From Diplonema japonicum (Eukaryota; Protista; Euglenozoa: Diplonemea), in contig OZ025728.1 of NCBI GenBank assembly GCA_964019335.1, positions 372,001 through 436,000 on the forward strand: 64,000 nucleotides of DNA. Reading direction: 5' to 3'. The notes under the pieces are model-generated. The model saw nothing but the letters and a program-made list of their open reading frames with translations. It did no database searches and was not told the origin of the DNA. The position numbers were made by a program, and so were the translations under genes. Below, piece after piece: positions 55,300 through 64,000 of this stretch (position 1 is its first letter; each line of letters opens with the position of its first letter).

Positions 55300-56062
55300 T
55301 GTGTTGTTCGCTGTTGACCTCCACATCGGTCATCACCGGCAGCGCCCGAGTGGAAGAACGTATTGTAGATGCTCAGGGTGACGAACAGGCAGCAAACTGC
55401 ACGGGCTCAGAATCTTGGTTACCAGGCACCATGGCTGGGGTTGAGTTGCACACCGCACGCATTAAGGACACGACGCGGAACGCAGAAGAAGCTACAACTA
55501 GGCCGAGGTGCGCCCCCTGTAATCAAGTAGACGATACTTGTGCAGGGCGCCCTGCCACATACTGCAGGCACCCTTAAATAGTCTCTTTTTTTTGTTTTTT
55601 TTTTGTTTTGTTTTTCTCCTGAAAGGTGGACATGATCATGGTGAGACACCAAATTTGATTCAACATCACAAGAAATGTTCACAGCGGGATTGCCCAGCCT
55701 CCTGAGATGTGAGTAAGAAAATGAGTATAATTGTTCTTTACTTGAGGGCACAATGTTGTCGCTTGCCAACCCAGTTAGTCAAAGTTCCCTGTTGCATTTT
55801 AAAGTTGAAGATTGATAAGAGATAAGTGTTTGCAATGTGTTCAAAGTTACTAGGTACTGTCCTGTGAAATAAAATAACCATTGGATTTGCTGAAAAAAAG
55901 AACTTTCCAAGGTTTGAACCCCTGCTGCGATGACACGTCTTGCATTAGGCCACGGAATGGATATGTTTCGTTTTCTTTCACAAACCGCTTACAAAAAGAA
56001 AATAAGCCGTGATTGGGAGACGAAGTAAGCAACGGCCCACCGCAGTGCGTGTCCTGGGGGTG

Positions 56063-56095
<33 letters not shown>

Positions 56096-57089
56096 CGTCC
56101 CGAAGTAAACCCAACTTTCGGTACCGGGGCTCCTCCTGCTTGCTGAAGCCTGGCCCTTTGCTTTATTTGAATCGAGGTATTTAAGGGGTCGAATACACAC
56201 ACACACACATGAAAATGTAAGCCCAACCCGAGTGTGTGTGGTGGCTGCCCACCTCCCTGTGGTGGTCCTGGGCAACGTGCACGGCTAAGAGGCAGCTTCC
56301 CTCTTGTTGTGTGGGGTGACGTGTGGGGACGCTGGACTCCTGGCCGAGCAAAGAGAGGGGGATGCTGGAGCGAAGACGGTCTGTTTGGCACAAGCTGCGG
56401 GGCACTGGGAGCAGGGGTGTAACCAACAGACTCGTTCTGAGCGAAGGCATGTCTCGGGTGGAGTGGAGCCAGGGGGCGTTCGTGCTTATCCGGGCCCCGA
56501 CCGGCCCTCTACATCAACCCTATCCTCTCCCATCCCCTTCTTTCCTCTCACGAGCAGGCCCTGCCGCTCCATCACGCTGGCTGCCTCCCTAGCTGCCTTC
56601 CTACAACTAGGAACAATCGGAAACAACCCTACACAATGTAGGAGTGCTGGCCCGGCGTGCTACGAGGGCGATAGGCTATGCAAGGTTTCACAGACCTCGC
56701 ACCCTATTAGTTAGTTTCCACCCTTTCCATTTTCTATCCAATTTTAAACTTTTTATTACCCTTTCTGCTTTTTCCTTTTCCTACATGTTTTCGGTCCCGG
56801 GTATGACGTTAAACTGCGTCCGCCGACGCGTCTGAACCAGCACTTCCTGGCGACCAGGCCGTCTTTTCTCTTTTCCTACTTCACTTCGTTCCGTTATTTT
56901 CATTATTCTTTCCGGTGATAGACTGATACGGGCCATGGAAGCAACCTCTGCTTAATCCCTGGTACGTGGGAGGATGTCAGTCACCTTTTTCCTTTTTTAT
57001 TCGACTCTGTTTTCGTATGCAGTATTTATTCTTTTCCACCCCTTTTTATCGATTTCTTCGCTTCTCTATTCTAACTTAAAATCATTTCA

Positions 57090-57222
57090 GTTACCGTGAA
57101 CGGTGGAAAAAAAGTTGTGGTTACTGTGGACGGTGGAAAAATAGTTGCAGGTTACCGTAGATGGTGGAAAAAAAGTTGGAGGTTGAAGGCGACGGTGGAA
57201 AAAAGTTATTTGGTTACCGTGT
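57090..57222. repeat. ~31-bp tandem repeat (GTTACCGTGRACGGTGGAAAAAAAGTTG...), about 4 copies
   Basis: GGTGGAAAAA repeated four times at ~31-bp spacing. Confidence 0.85.
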
Positions 57223-57566
57223 GCGCTGTTTTTCCAAAATCTTGGACCGATTTGGCATGTTGAATTTTCCCGTAGGAAACTCACGGCCCTGGAGAAGCCT
57301 CTCCAGGGCCTGCAGAGTGTGCAAGGTTTTAGCATGTGTTAAAATTTCCCTTACGAAGAAAAAAGGGCTTGAAAAAAAATCTTATGTAGTCCTTACGTAA
57401 CCCTCTTCGGCCGGATGGAACCCTTGTATCTTCTTGTACTCATAGTGGGCTCAATTCCAGTTGGTTTTTGTTCTCATGTTGCAGATTAGTGGTGTCCTCC
57501 ATGGTCTCTGGGCAAATATAGGGAAGGGTTTTTTGTTGTTTAGGTATTGCTTTGTTCTGAGAGGGC

Positions 57567-57760
57567 ATACCTTCTCGGCCTTTTGGCTAAGATCAAGTGT
57601 AGTATCTGTTCTTATCAGCTTAATATCTGATACAGCACCTCGTGTGCTGCGATATTAAACTAATTTGTCGTTGGGGGTGGCAGGTAGCTCAGGGCAACCT
57701 GAGTCTGTCCACAGGTGTTGCCCTGGAGCTGCACAACATCCAGGAGTGGCACACCCTACT
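57567..57760 (+). ncRNA. U2: U2 spliceosomal snRNA
   Basis: ATACCTTCTCGGCCTTTTGGCTAAGATCAAGTGTAGTATCTGTTCTTATCAG; stem-loops IIa, IIb (CAGCAC/GTGCTG), III (CTCAGG-GCAA-CCTGAG) and IV (CCTGGA...TCCAGG); T6 run at 57765-57770. Confidence 0.96.
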
Positions 57761-57867
57761 CTTCTTTTTTAAAATCCACTAACTCAAACGCAATAATTCA
57801 CGCACAAGAGACGAGATGAACGTACTTCACGGGCCACAGCGCAGATGTGGACACAAGGTATACGCAA

Positions 57868-58227
57868 AGAAACACTATACCTGAGACTGCTCAGAACGCG
57901 CGCGTCGGACATTTTTGTTTTGTTTTTTGCTGTGCTTTGTTGCTTTTTTGTTGCCACCCAGCGCTTAATATATAAAAAAGGAATAACATTTCTCGAAAAC
58001 GGGAAAATTCGGGTAAGATGCCTGTATTATTTATATTATTATTTGCGCCACCCCAAAAAGTACTTTGTCAAAAGAAATACATGTAAACTCTTATGGAGAC
58101 ACGAAACATGTAAAGCAGAGAGGTAGCAACTAGAGAGGAAAATTCGTGTTAAAAAGTTGTGTCTCCATGTGCCCGTCTTCGCACGTCTCAGGTGTGTTTC
58201 TGCACAAATTGTGCAATTTGTTATCGA
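57868..58227 (+). repeat. ~360-bp direct repeat, copy 2
   Basis: Near-identical to 54941-55299. Confidence 0.92.
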
Positions 58228-61200
58228 AGAAGGACCGTCTGGACTTTTTTAGGGCGAACCGGCGGTCGGGCAAGGCCGCCGTTCATGCGCTAGCTGAAGA
58301 ACACCGAGCGGACAAACTCTCGCACACAAAACTAGCGACGGCCGGGGTCGTCGAAGCGGAGAGGGACCAACCACGGCGCACCCCCCCCAATAACCTGTTC
58401 CCTGGACATCTGTGCTCCGCAAGCAAATGTGGACAAATCACATGCGTTCACAAAAACAGGTGAACTAGGGGAGAAGCTAGAATGCTCTGGCATGTCCTTC
58501 AAAGGTCATACAGGAGGTAAAGTCTACTTAGTGTAGCGCTACCTGGCCACACAGCCCTACCTGAAGCGAAGGTTTGCTGTACCGCGATCAACTGCATTGT
58601 GAGAGAGGGAAGAGGGTCGGAGGAGTTATGGGGCCGAATCAAGAAGATAGCTCAGATATAAGGAGCTACCAGCAGTGGGGCCAGTGGGAACGGCCGTACG
58701 CAGGTGGCTTTTTGTTCCCACTTGCAATATCATTTCAGCTACCGTTAGCAGAGAAGAAGTGGCAGTTCATGGAAGGACTGCACGAGAAGTCAGCTCACGA
58801 GAGCTATCATGAAGCTTGACCAACGTTTGAGGACGCAGAGAAGGGGGCATATCCTCTTACGAACAGCATATGGAGAAAAACACTGGCGTCTGGAGTCTGC
58901 TGGAGAGAAAAGCCTCAATAGAGTGCAAGCATGTGCGGCAAAGGGCAACAAAGCGGCTTTCCTGCAGGAAGGATGACCAGAGTACACCTGGGTGCTCCAG
59001 CGATGCATTGAGAGCACCCATGCATCCAAGGGGAAAAGTCTGTCCTGGATGGTAGGCTCGAATCCAGACCCTGTGGTCTTTTCACTTTTGGAGGGCACAA
59101 CACCGACCCCCCCCTTTTGGAAGGATAGAGAAAATCAGCCGGGATGTGTAGGCAGCATCCTGAAACACCCAGCTTTGGGGGGGCAAGCGACGATGTGGAA
59201 CTGGGTCGTTCCTGTGTGGGGATCGGAGGCGCAGTGTGCTGTGCTGATGTTCTGTCCTGGTTAGTCCGGTGTGCTCAGTGAGGGCTTGTCGCAAGACTCG
59301 TCGACACAGAGCTTGAAGAGGGACGAACCGGGCCAGGCTGGCCATCAGAGCAGCTCCTAGTTCCCGCAACGGACAGTTCCAGGATAGCAGAACTGAGCAG
59401 TGCCTGTGTCTCTGCCACTCAGACTACCTGAACCGCATCGCCCATCTTTTTTGCTTGCTTGCTTTTTCATATTGGTGAGAGTGGTTCAGCTACCGCCGCG
59501 CATTTCAGTTCCGCGAAGTTGCGAATGTTGGGGGCGCTGCCGAGAAGCGAGAAGACCGAGATCACAGCGCCGTGGCATGGACAAGCTACCTACAAGCGTG
59601 GCAAGCAGCACTGGAACAACCCGAAGCCCGTAAACCCGCAAACCCGGCAACGGAAGAACACGCAAGCCCAAACCTGAATGGGCAAGACAGGCCACGCAGA
59701 CGATCTCACGAAGCCAGCTACTGCACCAAAGGACAGACGGACTACCACACGGGGCAACCAGTCTGCGACAAGAAATCTGACAAGCCCCAGTCCCCAAAGA
59801 CATTCCGGAGGCAGAAGTCTGCATCACGGGACAAGCGGGCCCTAGTCTCTAGAAAGACTCCAGCTGCAGCCGAGCCCCAGCAACAACCAAGGAGGGCGCT
59901 CGACGACAACGGAGAGGTACAGATCTCAACAACGGCCACTACCAAGCAGTTGCTAGGAAGATCATGCACACCTCCTCCGGACTGACGGTGGGCGTCGTAC
60001 TTTCGTGCAAAGGAATTTTGCTACTTTGTTCTTTTTGGTCTTCGTTATGTCTATCCTGATCGGACGTTTTCCCTGTGGTTTCTGGGCAAAAACAGCAGGG
60101 ACAGCCACTTTGGTGTGCTCTCTCGTGTTTGGCTTTGGGTGCCTCGTTCCACAACAATTAAAACTGTGGAACAAATAGCTAACATCACCAATACGATACG
60201 GTGCACCGTGCATGTAGTTACTGATGTCTTTAGCCCGTACAAAAAGAAAATTCTTGAGTTTCCAGATTTTACAGGTGCATATGAGCTCAGGAGCACACCA
60301 GAGGGTGTATTTGCTACGTGCGCATCCACGAGCAAGAAGGAACTAAAGTACATCATCAAACTCGATGCAGACAGGGCAGAGAAAAGGCCCCCAGTCTGTG
60401 AATCTCGTGATGAGTATGAGGACGTTCCTGATAGCCTTCCAGGACTTGAAAAACGAGAAAGAATAGTAACCAAATTACAAAAATACTCGACACCCCCCAT
60501 GACAAGCCCAAAGCACCAAGTACACCTACGAATGAGCCTCTTAAAACCCCCCAAAATGCAGTAGAAGGCCTAATAGTATGAAAAAGAAACGAGATCGCCC
60601 ACCCAGCAGCAGCACATCTCAGCCGCAGAAGATTAGGAAATGAAGGTTTCCACTTCCAACATCATTTCAGCCACCTTCTAGTAGTGAGTTCCGCTATTTC
60701 TTGCTATTGAAAGCATACTCTCTGACTTTACCAAAACCACTAAAACCCGATTTGACCCTAAAACTGAATTTTTCATAGGTCAAAAGCACTCTCGAGCGAT
60801 TTCTGACCCGGGTTCTTTCCTCATATGGGCCGGGGAATATAGAGAATCTTTTTTTAAAGGGGGTGGCATGCCCAAAGATGCAACGAAAGTGTCAATTGGC
60901 CTCATTTTTTTTGGGGGGGGTTTGAAATCAACCCATATTAAAATCAATCCAAGTCACGAAGTACATGTGGAGTCGCCCTCACAGAAGGGCCTTTTATGCA
61001 CATCTTACTTGAGCAGACGTCAGACATGATATATCGACCAAATGATAATAATACAAAGATCCTTTCTTCATACGGAATTAAGGGCACTAGTAAACAAGGG
61101 TGTTACAAGAAGTGTGCGGCTTTGCAGGAGGAAAGGTGGGGAGCTTGAGGCTGTACATTAGTGAGTACGCGACGTGTGGTTGTCTGCTGGTCAGAGGATG

Positions 61201-61585
61201 GGACATCCGTATCAGTAATCCATCTTTCGATAGGTCTTGAAATCGAAGGGTGACATGCAGATTACGCCTACGCTGGCGGTTTGTGTTACGGTACAATAGT
61301 AATAGGCCAATTTTTGCTCGGTTCAGTTGTGGGGCAACTTGTATTGTAGGAGACTTCAAAATACCAGGGAGGAGCGAGTGGCCGCGCCAGGTTTGAGAAG
61401 GCCTGATTAGAGATGGTGACAGTGGCAATGCCAGCGACAGCAGCAGCTCTTAGTCAACAAAAGGGGGGGGCAACTTGTATTGTAACCTTTGTTTCCCCTC
61501 TCTTGTTGTACCCCTTGTTTCCTTTATGTACCTCGTGGTGAAGTAACTTCAGTGTGTCGTGAAATAATAACTATTTATATAACTC

Positions 61586-62300
61586 GAGCCGGGTTTTCAA
61601 GGGTGGGAGTGAAAATAATATTTTACATTATGTCACTCCCAGCTTTATTTTCACTCCCAGTTTACCTTGAATTAGGCCCAGGAGTGAAATAATGTTCGAG
61701 CGTGAAATAATGTAACATTATTCCACTCCTGGGCCTAATTTCACCTATTTCACCTATTTTTACAATGGGAAGGAAGCCGAAGGCAAAAGGCGAAGGGTAC
61801 AAAGGCAGAGGCGTCGAAGATCATGAACGTTAGCTTGCCATGAAAAGCACCAGCACTTACGAAGCAGAGTGGCACCGCTTTTGCTCTTTTGACAACTTCA
61901 GAACAACAAGATCGAAAAGCCCGATGGAAGACGAGTTAGTATTGTATTTCCAAGATATGAAGGACAATTTGGGTAAGTTACAGCAAGATCAACGCCATCA
62001 TCCAACGAAACTTCGGTAAAAAAAATGCAGAGCTTTCCCAGGGTTGCACTGCTTTTGAAGCGCTTTGAAGAAGGCCATGAGGTGAAAAAAGCTTCGGTGT
62101 TCAGTCAGGAACAAATGAAAGAGTATCTGGCAATGAAAATCAGCGACCCCTACAACATAGTGTGTCAGGCATATGCAGCTTGCATGTTTGCAGGACAAAA
62201 GAGTCGCACAAACTGAAATTTAGCGACGACACCCTGTAACCCAAATCCCACTTTTCACCTGTTGTAACCCTGTAACCTCCCACCCTTTCAAACCCGGCTC
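61586..62300 (+). mobile_element. Internally deleted tyrosine-recombinase (Crypton-like) element bounded by 24-bp inverted repeats
   Basis: Inverted repeats 61586-61609 / 62277-62300 (22/24 match). Coding remnants STYEAEWHRFC...ELVLYFQDM, FPRVALLLKRFEEGHEVKKASVFSQEQMKEYL...YAACMFAG and ESHKLKFSD resemble the N-terminal half of eukaryotic YR transposases. Confidence 0.6.
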
Positions 62301-63354
62301 TTGTCATCAGTAAAGTCATTACTTGTTGGCAGTAAATAGCATTAGTAACCCTCTGCAGAAAGTAACTGAAGAAAAAGGAGGGGTTTATGGTACGATCTGT
62401 TATAATCTGACGATTATGCTGGAGCGAGGTCGGTATTGTCTTCCTATAATCCATGCAGATGTGTCACCACGCAGGCCCTTTTGGGTATCACCTCTTAAAA
62501 CCTTTTTTTTAATAATAATAATAATAATAAATATTCCACTACCAGGCGGGAGGATCGAAGGGGAGTAGAGAAAACCAAAGGGAATGGGACATCACTTCAA
62601 ACCAAGAGAGGTGTTTGAAAGTGATTCGTGAAAAGCAGTCTCTGTTACTGAGCCATTGGTCGAGGGGTCCTGGTCCGCTGCTCCCTGTTGTAAATTACTT
62701 GGACCCCCTCACCACGCTCTTTTCATAATAAAATAAAACCGATCCCACCCACCAGGCAGCACCTGGGTCTCGAGGCATTAGCCGCCTCTAGTAACAAGAG
62801 ACGACCTCCCAGATTTTAAGAACTTTGGAGGAGTTTCAATTGTGAAAAATTAACCAGCTGACTGTGAAACTCCACCGTCTGCTGGACTTGTTGGGCTTTC
62901 GGGAGCCAATAAATTCAATTCAATTAAGTTTCGTTCTACAGTTTTTTTTTTTTTTTATATATATTCTTCTTTTTTTTTTTTTTTTCTTTTTTTTTTTTTT
63001 TCTCAAAAATAAAGGAATTCAAATCAAGCTCGATCGTGTACACCGAAGCTTGAATCATCTGTCCTTCTTTTTTTCTTTTTTCTTTCTATATGAAAGGTGA
63101 GTGAAAAATTTGAATAACACTGAGGGCGGGGGTCAGGGGCCTGGTAATGGAAAATAAGGGAAGACACTGGGGAGGGAGGTGAAAAGAAAGGATAGGAGTG
63201 AAGCCAGAGTCGAGAGATTGAGTTAGAAACAATTGCTGTCTGAAGTCGTATAACAACAGTACAGCTTCAAACTCAGGATAATTTGAGAGAAAAGTATATA
63301 AGTAAAGTTTAGTTTATAATATAATTTATAAAGGGGATTATATCTCACGGTCGG

Positions 63355-64000
63355 TCACAACAGGCCCTGCTGTTCCAGGAATTGTACGGTTTTCCCGGCG
63401 TCAGTTGACAGTAGGGCCTTGAGCGAAGGAAGGGAGGAACCGAAGATCTGACTTCTCTGGTCAGCTCTACCATCGTCCTGGCATTCTTTCAGGAGGTGGC
63501 TCAGCGTCTGAGGCATCGAACAAAGGTGGCATGTGACCACATCGGCCGGGGGATTGAGTAGATACCCGCTTATGAGGGGGCTCTTCCCCACTCTCAGCCT
63601 CATGATCGCAACTTCTTGTTCCCTGTTTAGCTCTTCAAACTTCTCGAAATTCCCTGCGAAAAGCTCTCGGTATGTCTCCTTGACACCCGTTTTTTTCCAG
63701 AAGAGGAGGTGGCTCGCCAGTACCTTTTTTCTCACCAGTGACTTCACGATGTCTATGCTGGTCTTCTGTTCGTGGGCAACTGCCCGGCAGGTCTCCTTCG
63801 CCTTCTTGTCCGCCATCTCGTTCCATTTGAATCCGCAGTGACTTGGTACGTACTGTATGACCACTTTGTGGCCTCTCTTTACAAGTCCCGCTACCTCGTG
63901 CCACAGTTTGTACTCGTCTGCAGAGACAGCGGACAGGTGCCCCTGGCACATCCTCCTTATTACCGACTGCGAATCAGTGCAAATAAGGACCATCTCTTGG
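63355..64000 (-). mobile_element. 3' end of an Ingi/I-group LINE ORF (RNase H plus Zn knuckle); extends beyond the window
   Basis: ICTDSQS, QYVPSHCGFKWNEMAD, MRLRVG, CHLC...SHLLKEC. Confidence 0.9.

Noticed and set aside
56790-56860. Ribozyme or SINE motif around CCCGGGTATGACGTTAAACTGCGTCC
   Set aside because: Reminiscent of retroposon ends, but single-copy here and I could not fit a twister, hammerhead or HDV fold
57400-57566. Upstream tRNA-like A/B boxes for U2
   Set aside because: Only weak B-box-like words (GGCTCAATTCC); no A box or cloverleaf
58230-60564. Protein-coding genes in this GC-balanced stretch
   Set aside because: Short broken ORFs with no recognisable motif; probably decayed elements, not assignable by eye
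53463-61151. ~100-bp diverged repeat at 53463-53561 and 61025-61151 as element termini
   Set aside because: Direct, degenerate, no target duplication seen; treated as an ordinary dispersed repeat

Overview
Eukaryotic nuclear DNA: GC-rich coding sequence separated by homopolymer-rich spacers, with short GT-AG introns. A one-strand gene cluster plus CRE- and Ingi-type retroelements suggest a euglenozoan such as a diplonemid (inference only). 1-21.3 kb: about 16 genes, all on the minus strand. They include a three-intron ~1830-aa coiled-coil protein, an NAAA/acid ceramidase, Phe-tRNA synthetase alpha, a BAG1-like co-chaperone, and two tandem pairs of intron-split microproteins that the ORF track misses (an SMIM30-like 32-mer pair and a Cys/His-motif pair). 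Host introns are 35-85 nt, mostly A/C-rich at the 3' end, and two are nearly pure poly(A). 21.5-43.5 kb: a divergent strand-switch region holding a P-loop pseudogene, a patchwork of shuffled repeat modules, an Ingi-like remnant, and a CRE-clade RT-RLE retroelement with an OTU protease and an unexplained ~640-aa downstream ORF. 43.6-49.7 kb: two unrelated secreted enzymes on the plus strand (tyrosinase-family and GH18 chitinase), each behind a paralogous ~1.3-kb upstream block. 50-64 kb: a complete-ended pogo-like DNA transposon, a U2 snRNA gene, a tyrosine-recombinase remnant bounded by inverted repeats, and the 3' end of another RNase H-bearing LINE. All splicing models and family assignments were made by eye from the sequence; no searches were run.
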